Assembly: GCA_963667785.2 (NCBI GenBank)
Contig: CAXXMU010000001.1
Location: forward strand, 736,001-800,000
Direction of reading: 5' to 3'
Length of the DNA: 64,000 nucleotides
Source of the DNA: Alphaproteobacteria bacterium
GTDB lineage: Bacteria; Pseudomonadota; Alphaproteobacteria; UBA828
Under the pieces are notes generated by a model. That model was not told the origin of the DNA and ran no database searches. It saw nothing but the letters and a program-made list of their open reading frames with translations. The translations under genes were made by a program, and so were the position numbers. How positions within the stretch are numbered: the stretch's first letter is position 1; every line of letters begins with the position of its first letter. This document shows positions 41,702 through 51,020 of the stretch, piece after piece.

Positions 41702-43066
41702 ATGGACGAGCGACAACAGCTCCTCGCGGCGATCGACGAGTTCTGCGGACGGGCGGAGATGGCGCCCACCACCTTCGGCCGCAAGGCGCTGGGCGACGGC
41801 CGCTTCGTCGACCGGCTGCGCGACGGGCGGCAGGTGAGAGCCGCGACTCTCGACCGGGTGCGGCGCTTCCTCGTGGAGAACGCACCGGCCGCCTCTCCGG
41901 CCTCCTCGGCCGCCGGTCCGGCCACGCCTGCAGGGAGCGACGAGAAGGGCGCGTTCCGCTTCTACGACAACCGCCAGAAATATCTGATGTTCGTCAACAC
42001 CTGCAGCGAGAAGTGGGTGGTCTCCGAGCGCGCCGGGATGGAGCTCGGTCATGTCCACCCCCAGCCGCCGGCGCTCAGGGTCTTCGATGCGGGCATGGGC
42101 GACGGCACGGTGCTCACCGGGGTCATGCGGAACATGCACCGGCGCTTCCCGACCTTTCCCTTCTACGTCGTCGGCAAGGAGATCTCCGTCGAGGACGTCC
42201 GTCTCTGCCTCGAGAAGATGCCGGACCGGCTGTTCGAGCATCCGGCGACGGTACTGGTAGTCACCAACATGCACTATTCGGAGGCGCCGTCGCTGACGCC
42301 GCGCTCGATGCAGGCGGCGGCGACGTTGAACTGGATCGAGAGGCCGCTCTCCGGCAACACGGCCCACGAGTTCCACGAGCAGATCGCCGCCCTGCAGCCC
42401 ACGCTCGCCGATACCTGGCGCGTGCGCCCGAGCGAGAAGACCGGCAACCCCCTCTACGTCCGGGCCTCGGTCCTGGTGCTCTACCGCGAGGATCACAGGT
42501 TCCTGCTCGACCCGGTGATCCCGCGCCCCGGCCGCGCCAGCGAGGGCTACGACCTGATCATCGCCTCCCAGCCCTACCGGGCGCGGATGCCGTCCGAGTT
42601 CAAGGTGCAGAAGGTGCTCGCGCCGCTCTCACGCAGCCTCGCGCCCGGCGGCAGGCTGCTCTGCATCCAGTCCTACGGGCGCGATCCCGGCCTCGAGATC
42701 ATTCACAGGATCTGGCCGAACGAGCAGCCCTTCCAGGCGGATCGGCACGTGCTGCTGAAGGCGCTCAAGGCCGAGATCGGCAAGAGCCAGCGCGATCTCA
42801 ACTACAACGCCTATTCCGACCGGCGGGCGATCTTCCGCTACGACATGCACACGCTGCCGACCGAGATCGAAGGCTCCACCATCGGCACGTCGACCCTGTT
42901 CGCGGCGTGGAACGCGGCGATCTACGTCGCCCAGATCGAGGATGCGCGGCTGGAAGGCGTGGTCGCCGACGGCTCCTATCTGGATGCCACGCGCGCGGTG
43001 CTCAGCGAGCGCGGCGGCCTCTGGTTCCAGGACGAGTCCTTCATCGTCTCCCGCCGCCGCCGCTGA
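41702..43066 (+). CDS. Hypothetical protein: N-terminal Cro-like HTH fused to a class I SAM-methyltransferase-like domain
   Basis: N-terminus I..FC...MAPTTFGRKALGDGRFVDRLRDGR; Ala/Pro linker; VFDAGMGDG, VGKEIS, YDLIIASQPY, LAPGG. Confidence 0.75.
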   Translation: MDERQQLLAAIDEFCGRAEMAPTTFGRKALGDGRFVDRLRDGRQVRAATLDRVRRFLVENAPAASPASSAAGPATPAGSDEKGAFRFYDNRQKYLMFVNTCSEKWVVSERAGMELGHVHPQPPALRVFDAGMGDGTVLTGVMRNMHRRFPTFPFYVVGKEISVEDVRLCLEKMPDRLFEHPATVLVVTNMHYSEAPSLTPRSMQAAATLNWIERPLSGNTAHEFHEQIAALQPTLADTWRVRPSEKTGNPLYVRASVLVLYREDHRFLLDPVIPRPGRASEGYDLIIASQPYRARMPSEFKVQKVLAPLSRSLAPGGRLLCIQSYGRDPGLEIIHRIWPNEQPFQADRHVLLKALKAEIGKSQRDLNYNAYSDRRAIFRYDMHTLPTEIEGSTIGTSTLFAAWNAAIYVAQIEDARLEGVVADGSYLDATRAVLSERGGLWFQDESFIVSRRRR

Positions 43067-43095
43067 GGGCGCCTGCGCCGCCTCCCGGCTCAGGA

Positions 43096-44277
43096 TCACA
43101 TCCCGTCGGTCGAAGCCGAGGCGGCGGGCGGCTCGTCGATGCGCGGGCGGGTGAGAATGGGCCAGTAGGCGACGAGGAAGAGGGCGAAGGCGCCGGACCA
43201 GAGCAGGGCCGAGGCGGCCAGCGCATGGGGCTCCGCGGCGGCGCCGGCGAGCGGGCCAAAGACGCGGAGCGCCGCGCCGGCGTGAACCAGGACGAAGGCG
43301 ACCCACTCCGCAGGGCGCGCCGCGAGCGGCCGGCCGGTATGGCCGAGCGCGCTTCGCGTCATCATCCCGAGCATGAGGCCGCCAATGGCGCCGGCGCCGA
43401 GCGCATGGAATGCCGCGGCCGCCGGCACGCCGGTATCCGCCAGCCAGAGCGCCCGCAGCACGAGCGCCGCCGGCAGCCAGGCGTAGGAGAGCGGCAGCAC
43501 CCAGAGCAGGGGCTCGCCGCGCGTCGCCGCCGGATCCCAGAGCCAGAGCCTGACCGCATGCGCGAGCGCACCGGCCGCCGCCACACCTGCGAGCCACGGC
43601 CCGCCCGGCAGCCAGGGGGCGAGGGGGCTCGCGATCAGGAGAATGGCGAGCGAGGCGAAGGCGGCGGCCTCCACGACGGCGTTGCGCCGCGGGCGTGCCG
43701 TCGGCACCGCGTTCTGGGTGAAGGCCGGGACCACTCGCCCCGCCATCAGCGTCACCAGCAGCGCAAAGAGATCCAGTCCGAGCAGCGCGCCGCCGTTCGC
43801 CCGTGCCGGTGCGATCAGGCCCACATGGTCCAGGTGAAACAGCAGGTTGGCTCCGCCGAGCAGCGCCGGCACCAGCGCCACCGGGAGGTTCCGATGATTG
43901 CGCGCCCTGACGACCGGAAGAGCGACCGCGAGCGAGACGCAGGGCAGGAACAGGCAATCCACCACGATGGCCGGCACCGCCGGCCCGGTGGCGATCAGCA
44001 CCCGACCCGCCACCCAGAGGAGCGCGAGGCCCGCGAGCCGCCAGCCGGCGAGGGTGCCGAGGCCGGTCCACGCTCGCGCCGCCGTCAGCAGGAAGCCCGT
44101 CATCACCGCCGCCGCGAAGCCGAAGACCATCTCGTGGGCGTGCCACGCGGGGCCTGCGAGGTAGGGCTCGGCGGGCAGCAGGTCCACGGGCGCGAAATGC
44201 CAGAGCGGCAGTGCGATCGCCGCGAACGCCGCCCCCAGCAGGTAGAAGGGCCGGATACCTACGCTCAATACGGCCAT
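43096..44277 (-). CDS. nnrS: NnrS family membrane protein
   Basis: GIRPFYL, WHAHEMVFGF, GFLLTA..WTG, GRVVPAFT, RSALGHTGR. Confidence 0.92.
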   Translation of the reverse strand: MAVLSVGIRPFYLLGAAFAAIALPLWHFAPVDLLPAEPYLAGPAWHAHEMVFGFAAAVMTGFLLTAARAWTGLGTLAGWRLAGLALLWVAGRVLIATGPAVPAIVVDCLFLPCVSLAVALPVVRARNHRNLPVALVPALLGGANLLFHLDHVGLIAPARANGGALLGLDLFALLVTLMAGRVVPAFTQNAVPTARPRRNAVVEAAAFASLAILLIASPLAPWLPGGPWLAGVAAAGALAHAVRLWLWDPAATRGEPLLWVLPLSYAWLPAALVLRALWLADTGVPAAAAFHALGAGAIGGLMLGMMTRSALGHTGRPLAARPAEWVAFVLVHAGAALRVFGPLAGAAAEPHALAASALLWSGAFALFLVAYWPILTRPRIDEPPAASASTDGM

Positions 44278-44317
44278 TGGCCGCCCCTTTCGCCGCCCGC
44301 GCTCCCGACGAGGGCGG

Positions 44318-44500
44318 TCACCGCGACGGGCGGGGCAGGCCGCTCGCCAGCGCGATCTCCCTGACATGGGTGCCGTGGGAGCCCCTGGCGGCGAAGAGAT
44401 CGACGGCGGCGCGCAGGATCTTGTCCTCGTTCCGGGCGCGGATTCGCGGCTCCGGCGTGCCCGTCCCCGTCTCCGCCTCCGCCCGCACTGTCTTCGTCAT
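44318..44500 (-). pseudogene. Truncated TetR/RutR-like regulator (HTH fragment)
   Basis: RIRARNEDKILRAAVDLFAARGSHGTHVREIALASGLP, then a stop before the recognition helix is complete. Confidence 0.72.
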
Positions 44501-44644
44501 GCTCAACTCCCGAATCGCGCACGCGGGAGGGGGCCTGCAGGCGCCGGTCGCAGTCTAGCCGGCATTTCCGACCATGATCACGACCTGCGTCGCGCTCAGC
44601 GCCATACCAGAGTCATTCAGCGCCAATGACGGCATAAAGCGATA

Positions 44645-44660
44645 CTAACCCATTGGTCAA
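44645..44660 (-). promoter_or_regulatory. Possible RutR-type operator
   Basis: rc TTGACCAATGGGTTAG vs consensus TTGACCAnnTGGTCAA (one half-site perfect). Confidence 0.4.
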
Positions 44661-44748
44661 ACAGCATTTATTCCCTCCCCTGCAGGCTGCCTGTGTCCAC
44701 TCCGCAAATCGCGGAAGCATTCCGTAACCGGATTTGCCTCTCTCACCG

Positions 44749-44934
44749 TCACGTCATGTCCAGCCATGCCGCCATCGCCTCCAGATCGCGGGTGAAGGCG
44801 TCGAACGAACGCACCGGTTCCTCGCTGCCTTCAGGGTTGACCACCGCGAAGTGCCGGTCCTTGCCGATGTCGATCCCTGCGCAGTCCGGGTTCACCACCC
44901 TGAGGCGCCGGGTTCTTCGAGACTTGCGCGCCAT
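44749..44934 (-). pseudogene. IS110-family transposase N-terminal fragment
   Basis: LRVVNPDCAGIDIGKDRHFAVV...VRSFDAFTRDLEAMAAWL is the start of the RuvC-like DEDD domain; GGAGG RBS; stops after ~60 aa. Confidence 0.85.
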
Positions 44935-45215
44935 GGAACATCCTCCCGCCGTTCGTCTCCGCCGCGGGCGGGGAGGAACTATGTTCGAATTCCCACTCTC
45001 TTGAACGAGGTCGCGGAAAACCCCCGCCATCAGTGACCGGGGCCGACAAAATGGTTCGGGCCAGGCTTAACATCGGGTGCCGCTGCAGCACGCCAGTGAG
45101 CAAACGGCCTCTTCACCCCGCCCGCAGCCGGTTCAAGCCCCAGTCGTCGCAGACACAAGCGCCCGTTGCTCCCGCGACCGAGCCGGAGCGACCCGCAGGT
45201 GGAAGCTTAACAGCA
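44749..45215 (-). mobile_element. IS110-family element remnant with ~280 bp upstream non-coding end (candidate bridge RNA)
   Basis: Transposase stub plus an ORF-poor region extending to the MaoC stop; exact left end not determined. Confidence 0.6.
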
Positions 45216-45219
45216 AATA

Positions 45220-46011
45220 TCAGCCGAACGCCGCGCGCCCACTTGTGAGGACCGTGGTCTCGCCGACCTTCGCCTGGAAGAACAGGCCGGCGCCCTGACC
45301 GTCGGCGGTCACGTCGATCGGATCCCCGGGCATCACTGGCGCCGCGAGGCGTGCTTCGAGGCGCCTGAGTTCGCTCGGGTGCGCTCCCGCCGGCTCGGCG
45401 AGCATCCGTGCCGCGATCCCGAGCGTGCAAAGGCCGTGCAGGATGGGTCGATCGAAGCCGTTGGCGCGCGCGACCTCGATGTCGATGTGGATCGGATGCA
45501 AGTCGCCGGTCAGTCGGTACAGCGCCGCCCGGCTGCGATCGGTCGCGTGGCGGCCTTGCCAGGACGGCTGCCATTCCTGACGCGAAGCGGACGGTCCCCG
45601 CTCGCCCCCCCAGCCTCCGCGCCCCGGCAGGAAGATGCCGTAGCGCGCCGTGAAGGTCTCGCACTCCACGACGACGGTGACGATCGTGGCCTTGCCTTTG
45701 TCCCACACCTCGGCGATGCGCCCGCGCGCCTCGAACGAGCCGCTGCGCGGCATTGGCCTATGTAACTCCAGACTCTGGGCAGCATGGAGCGACCTGTTCC
45801 GGTTATAGGCGCCGAGACCGCCCGCCTCTTCGACCGCCCAAAGGCCGAGGGCACAGGCGTAAGTCGGCAACACCCTGAGATCCCGCTCGTAGACGAGGTC
45901 CGTCTCATCGCAGGAAGCACCGACGGCGAGCGCATAGAGTATCGCGTCACGCGCATCGTAGGAGATGGTGCGGGTGCCGAGATCGTGCCCGGCCAGGTCC
46001 TTGAGCTCCAT
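45220..46011 (-). CDS. MaoC-like (double hot-dog) acyl-CoA dehydratase
   Basis: LYALAVGA, LYRLTGDLHPIH, PILHGLCTLG. Confidence 0.9.
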   Translation of the reverse strand: MELKDLAGHDLGTRTISYDARDAILYALAVGASCDETDLVYERDLRVLPTYACALGLWAVEEAGGLGAYNRNRSLHAAQSLELHRPMPRSGSFEARGRIAEVWDKGKATIVTVVVECETFTARYGIFLPGRGGWGGERGPSASRQEWQPSWQGRHATDRSRAALYRLTGDLHPIHIDIEVARANGFDRPILHGLCTLGIAARMLAEPAGAHPSELRRLEARLAAPVMPGDPIDVTADGQGAGLFFQAKVGETTVLTSGRAAFG

Positions 46012-46060
46012 GGGATCGCGTTCTCCTCTATGCCGCCGCCGAGGCGCCGGTTCGCGCCGC

Positions 46061-46786
46061 TCACACCATGAGGTAAGCCGCGCGAATCTCCTCGTTCTCG
46101 GCGAGTTCCGCCATCGATCCCTCGTAGCGGATGCGGCCCTTTTCGATGATGTAGGCGCGATCCGAAACCAGGGTCGACAAATGGAGGTTCTGTTCGGAGA
46201 GCAGGATCGACAGGCCCTGCGCCTTCAGATCGAGAATGGTCTTCGCCACCTGCTCGACGATGACGGGCGCGAGACCCTCGGACGGCTCGTCGAGCAGCAT
46301 GGTCGTCGGGTTGCCCATGAGCGTGCGTGCGATGGTCAGCATCTGTTGCTCTCCTCCGCTCATCAGGCCACCGAGCCTGTCACTCATCGCCGCGAGGTTG
46401 GGAAACAACGCAAACAGCTTGTCGTGCGTCCATTCCGGTGCATTCTCGCGCCGGGGCTGGCGGCCGACCTCGAGGTTCTCGGCGACGGTCAGGCTGGTGA
46501 ACACACGCCGGTCTTCGGGCACGTATCCCAGTCCAAGACGGCTGATCTGGAACGATTCCAATCCCTGTATCGGTTTCCCCTCGAAACTGATCTCGCCCTT
46601 CGCGGGCCGGACCAGGCCGATGATCGACTTGATCGTGGTCGACTTGCCTGCGCCGTTGCGGCCGAGCAGCGCCACGACCTCGCTGCGGCGAACTTCGAGC
46701 GACACCTCAGACAGGATCTGCGCCCGGCCGTAGAAGGTGTCGACGCCGGTCAACTCCAGGACGGGTGCGCCCGTCGCCCCGGTCAT
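46061..46786 (-). CDS. ABC ATPase (LivF-like)
   Basis: GRNGAGKST, MSGGEQQML, DEPSEGLAP. Confidence 0.92.
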   Translation of the reverse strand: MTGATGAPVLELTGVDTFYGRAQILSEVSLEVRRSEVVALLGRNGAGKSTTIKSIIGLVRPAKGEISFEGKPIQGLESFQISRLGLGYVPEDRRVFTSLTVAENLEVGRQPRRENAPEWTHDKLFALFPNLAAMSDRLGGLMSGGEQQMLTIARTLMGNPTTMLLDEPSEGLAPVIVEQVAKTILDLKAQGLSILLSEQNLHLSTLVSDRAYIIEKGRIRYEGSMAELAENEEIRAAYLMV

Positions 46787-47571
46787 GAGATCTCGACCCC
46801 ATGCGCGGCGCCGCTGCCCAGGTAGATCTCCTGGACCTTCTTGTTCGACCGCACCGCCATCGGCGGGCCCTCGGAGATCAGCTCGCCCCGATCCAGCACC
46901 ATGATTCGGTCGGCATGGGCGAAGACCACGTCCATGTCGTGTTCGGTGAAGAGAACGGCGATGCTTCGTTCGTGCACGATCTCGGCGGTGAGCTGCATCA
47001 GCTCCATGCGTTCCCTGGGCGCCATGCCTGCAGTCGGCTCGTCCATGAGCAGGAGTTTGGGATCGTTCGCCAGCGCGATCGCAAGCTCGACCCGCTTGAG
47101 GTCGCCATAGGCCAGCACCCCGCAGGCGCGATCATACTGCCGGTCCATGCCGACCCGCTCCAGCAGCGTCATTGCCTCGTCGATGTAGTGGCTCTTCGCC
47201 GGCCGCCACAATGCCCGCGATCGGCGATGGTAGTTGATCAACGCCATCTGCACGTTTTCGCGTACGGTCATCGACACGAAGGTCGCGGTGATCTGGAACG
47301 TCCGCCCGACGCCGAGCCGCCAGATTGACTGAGGCCGCAGGCCCAGAATACTGCGGCCGTTGAGCCGTACCGCGCCGGCATCGGGCCGGAGCTGGCCGTT
47401 CAGCATGTTGAAGCAGGTGGTCTTGCCTGCACCGTTGGGTCCGATCATGGCCAGAAGCTCGCTCGACGAGAGGGTGAACGAGACCCGCTCCACCGCCTGC
47501 ACTCCGCCGAACGCCTTGCTCAGCGATTCGACCTCGAGCACCGGAGCGCGCTCGTGCGGTGCCGCGCTCAT
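46783..47571 (-). CDS. ABC ATPase (LivG-like)
   Basis: GPNGAGKTT, GRTFQ, DEPTAG, TEHDM. Confidence 0.9.
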   Translation of the reverse strand: MSAAPHERAPVLEVESLSKAFGGVQAVERVSFTLSSSELLAMIGPNGAGKTTCFNMLNGQLRPDAGAVRLNGRSILGLRPQSIWRLGVGRTFQITATFVSMTVRENVQMALINYHRRSRALWRPAKSHYIDEAMTLLERVGMDRQYDRACGVLAYGDLKRVELAIALANDPKLLLMDEPTAGMAPRERMELMQLTAEIVHERSIAVLFTEHDMDVVFAHADRIMVLDRGELISEGPPMAVRSNKKVQEIYLGSGAAHGVEIS

Positions 47572-49508
47572 GTCGCCATTTCCTCCGGCCGCGCCAGCCG
47601 GAGCCGCCGGCCAAGCCGCGTGCCGGCGAATCCGGCGAGGCCCTGGGGAAGCAGCAGCACCAGGGCGATGATGGTCACGCCGAGCAGGAACCGCCAGTAG
47701 CTGAGGACGCTGAACAGATCGTTGAGCCAGGTGAGCGCGGCGGCGCCGAAGATCGGGCCGAAGAGCGACTGCACGCCGCCGAGGAGCACCATTAGCAAGG
47801 CATCGAAGGAGCGCGCGATTTCTAGCGTGGTTGGGAAGATGCTGCCCTTCGAGAACAGGAACAGAGAGCCGGCAAGGCCCGTAAACGCGCCCGAGATCGC
47901 GAAGGCCAGCCAGCGGTGGCGCGTGAGATCGACCCCGATCGCGGCGGCGCGCAACGGCGAGTCGCGGCCGGCACGCAAGGTATAGCCGAATGGCGCATAC
48001 AGGATGCGCCGCATGATCCAGAGCGCGGCTACGCTGAGCCCGACGGTGATGTAGTAGTAGGAGACACGCGCACTCGCCCATTGCGACGGCCAGATGTCGT
48101 TCAGGCCGTCGTCGCCGCCGGTTATCTTGAGCGGTGCGCCGTACTCGTCCGCGATCCCGAAGGTCTTGAGCACGCTGCCCGGCATGTCCTGGAACACGAA
48201 CGCCCATGCGATTTGGGCGAAGGCGAGCGTCAGCATCGCGAAGTACACACCGCTCAGACGCACGCAGAACCAGCCGAACAAAAACGCCAGCAGCGCCCCG
48301 CCGACCGGCGCGGCCCAGAACGCGAGCTCGAACGGTGCGTCCGCGAACTTCACCAGGAGCGCGGCCGCATAGGCGCCGCCGCCGAAATACGCCGCGTGGC
48401 CGAAGCTGACCATCCCACCCGGGCCCATGATGAAGTGGAGCGCGGCGGCGAACAGCACGAAGACCATGATCTCGATCACAAGGACCAGGGTGAACGTGCC
48501 GACCACCTCGGGGAAGACGAGATGCACGATCGGAAGCACGAGGAGCAACGCGCAAGCCGCGCCGGCCAATGCTCGAACCCGAGGCAAGGCCGGACGCAGC
48601 GGCCGCTCGGGCGGACCGGAAGGTATTTGGAGCACTGACTCCGGGATGCCGAGCAGCCCCCACGGCCGGAAGATCAGGACCACCGCCATGACCAGGAACA
48701 TCAGCACCAGCGTCGAGTTGGGCAGTATCTGGATGCCGAAGGTCTGGAGGATGCCGAACAGCAGCGCGGCCCAGAAGGCGCCGAATATGCTGCCCATGCC
48801 GCCCACGACGACCACGACGAATGCGGCGGCGAGGATATTGAAATCCATCAGCAGGTCGGCGCCGCCCTTGGGGATCTGAACGGCGCCGCCCAGCCCGGCG
48901 AGTGCGGAGCCGAGAAACAGGACGCCGGTAAACAACCAGCGCTGGTTGACGCCAAGCGCCGCCACCATCTGCCGGTCCTGAGTCGCGGCCCGAACCAGCG
49001 TGCCCCAGCGCGTCAGCTTGAACAGCGCCCACAGGCCGACCAGCACCAGCGGCGATATGGCGATCAGGGCCAGATCGTATTCTGGAAGCGGCTTGCCGAG
49101 GATAAAGACCGCGCCCTTGAGTCCAGGGGCCTGCGGGCCGACGAGGTCCTCCGGTCCCCAGACCCACAGCGTCACGTCCTGAATGACCAGGATGACCCCG
49201 AAGGTCGCGATCAACTGAAAGAGCTCGGGCGCCTTGTAGATCCGGCGAAGCAGCAGGATCTCCATGACCACGCCGATCAGGCCGACGGCGACGGCGGCAA
49301 TCAGGACGGCGGCCCAGAAGCCGATCCCCGTGGAGCCAATCGCCTGGACCAGCGTGTATCCGATATAGGCGCCCAGCATGTAGAACGAGCCGTGGGCGAA
49401 GTTCACGATCCGGGTGACCCCGAAGATGATCGACAGCCCCGACGCGACCAGGAACATGGCTGCGGCGCTGGACAGCCCGGTCAACAGGCTGACGATGAAA
49501 TCTGCCAC
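47568..49508 (-). CDS. Fused LivH-LivM-type ABC permease
   Basis: FGVTRIVNFAHG...GGMGS followed by a second domain GMVSFGHA...LLGG. Confidence 0.9.
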   Translation of the reverse strand: MADFIVSLLTGLSSAAAMFLVASGLSIIFGVTRIVNFAHGSFYMLGAYIGYTLVQAIGSTGIGFWAAVLIAAVAVGLIGVVMEILLLRRIYKAPELFQLIATFGVILVIQDVTLWVWGPEDLVGPQAPGLKGAVFILGKPLPEYDLALIAISPLVLVGLWALFKLTRWGTLVRAATQDRQMVAALGVNQRWLFTGVLFLGSALAGLGGAVQIPKGGADLLMDFNILAAAFVVVVVGGMGSIFGAFWAALLFGILQTFGIQILPNSTLVLMFLVMAVVLIFRPWGLLGIPESVLQIPSGPPERPLRPALPRVRALAGAACALLLVLPIVHLVFPEVVGTFTLVLVIEIMVFVLFAAALHFIMGPGGMVSFGHAAYFGGGAYAAALLVKFADAPFELAFWAAPVGGALLAFLFGWFCVRLSGVYFAMLTLAFAQIAWAFVFQDMPGSVLKTFGIADEYGAPLKITGGDDGLNDIWPSQWASARVSYYYITVGLSVAALWIMRRILYAPFGYTLRAGRDSPLRAAAIGVDLTRHRWLAFAISGAFTGLAGSLFLFSKGSIFPTTLEIARSFDALLMVLLGGVQSLFGPIFGAAALTWLNDLFSVLSYWRFLLGVTIIALVLLLPQGLAGFAGTRLGRRLRLARPEEMAT

Positions 49509-49600
49509 GCTTCGGCTCTTCCGGCTCTCTCGCTCGGACCGTCCCTTATCCCGCCATCTGCGTCAGGGGCCGATTGGCCGGCCCCTGACGATACGCCGGT

Positions 49601-50839
49601 TCAGTCTCCGCTGCGCAGCTTCCGGACCTCGTCATCGGACGGCAGGTAGTCCGCGCCGTCGAGGTATTTCCAGTCGACCATGATGCCCTGTCCGTCACGC
49701 AACGTGGTCCAGCCGACATAGGCTCCCATGGTCGCTTGGTGATCGATCGCCCGAAAAGTGATGGGCCCGGTCGGCGCATCGAAACTCAGACCTTCCAGGG
49801 CATCGACCATGGCTTCCGTCTCGGTCGAGCCGGCCCGTTCGAGCATGGCCTTGATGGCCAGCATGGTGTTGTAGCCGACGATCGAGCCGATGCGCGGGTA
49901 GTCGTCCCAACGCTGCTGATAGGCGGCCAGGAACGCATCGTGCGCCGGCGTATCGATGTCGTACCAGGGGTAGCCGGTCACCAGCCAGCCCTCCGGTGCC
50001 TCGTCCTTCAGGGGGTCGATGTACTCGGGCTCGCCGGTCAGCAGTCCGACCATCAGCCGTCCCTCGAAGAGGCCGCGCAATCTGCCTTCGCGCGCGAACT
50101 TGGCGAGATCGCTGCCGAAGGTGACGTTGTAGATCGCGTCCGGCTCCAGGCGCTTGAGCGCCTCGACCTCGGCCCCGGCGTCGATCTTGAACAGCGCCGG
50201 CCATTGCGAACCGACGAACTCCACGTCCGGTCGCAGCTCCGTCAACACCCTCTGGAACGCCGCGACGGCGTCCTTGCCGTAGGCATAGTTGGGCGCGATG
50301 GTTGCCCAGCGCTTGGCGCCTTCATCCTTCGCTGCCTCGGCAGCGAGCATCGCCGCCTGCATGTAGGTCGAAGGCCGCAGCCTGAAGGTGTAGCGGTTGC
50401 CCTGAGCCCAGACCAGCGCGTCGGCCAGCGGCTCGGCCGCGATGTACAATCGCTGAGTCTGCTTGGCGTAGGCGGTCAGCGCCAGCCCGACGTGGCTGAA
50501 CAGCGAGCCCGAGATCAGGACCACCTCGTCGCGGTCGAACAACCGCTCGGCCACCTTGACCGCCTCGCCCGGCTTGCCCTGGTCGTCGTGCGATATGAAC
50601 TCGAGCTCACGGCCGAGCACACCGCCCGCGCTGTTGATCTCCTCGATCGCGAGAATTGCCCCTTGCCGGTACGGAATCGTGTGTGCCGGCAGACGCGTGT
50701 ACGAGTTGATGTCGCCGATGCGAATGGTCTCCGCCTCTGCGGACTTGGACGCGGACATGACGCCGGCCGCCGTCACCACGCCAGCTGCGATCACGGCGGC
50801 GGCGCCGGTCGCTGCAAGAAGCGCCTTGAAAGCTCTCAT
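49601..50839 (-). CDS. ABC substrate-binding protein (branched-chain/amide type)
   Basis: GGAGGAG RBS; signal peptide; INSAGGVLGRE, GNRYTFR, NYAYG. Confidence 0.9.
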   Translation of the reverse strand: MRAFKALLAATGAAAVIAAGVVTAAGVMSASKSAEAETIRIGDINSYTRLPAHTIPYRQGAILAIEEINSAGGVLGRELEFISHDDQGKPGEAVKVAERLFDRDEVVLISGSLFSHVGLALTAYAKQTQRLYIAAEPLADALVWAQGNRYTFRLRPSTYMQAAMLAAEAAKDEGAKRWATIAPNYAYGKDAVAAFQRVLTELRPDVEFVGSQWPALFKIDAGAEVEALKRLEPDAIYNVTFGSDLAKFAREGRLRGLFEGRLMVGLLTGEPEYIDPLKDEAPEGWLVTGYPWYDIDTPAHDAFLAAYQQRWDDYPRIGSIVGYNTMLAIKAMLERAGSTETEAMVDALEGLSFDAPTGPITFRAIDHQATMGAYVGWTTLRDGQGIMVDWKYLDGADYLPSDDEVRKLRSGD

Positions 50840-51020
50840 CTTCTCCTCCCGATAAGCCAGAATTGCGCGCGGTACTCGCGTGTTGACCGAATTTCCTGCG
50901 AGCCGCGCTGCCATGGCGACCGGTTTCGACCCGGTCCCCGGTAACGGGGCGATAGGTTCCTGGCGCGATCAGTTCATTGGGTCCCTCCCGTTGGTCATGT
51001 GTGCGATCCGAGCGAGCCAA

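Noticed and set aside
39175-44364. 1729-aa plus-strand ORF and other long ORFs opposite real genes (e.g. the 11243-14800 part of the 1453-aa ORF, 20804-23473, 3258-5123)
   Set aside because: Shadow frames produced by high GC; no motifs, and they overlap well-supported genes
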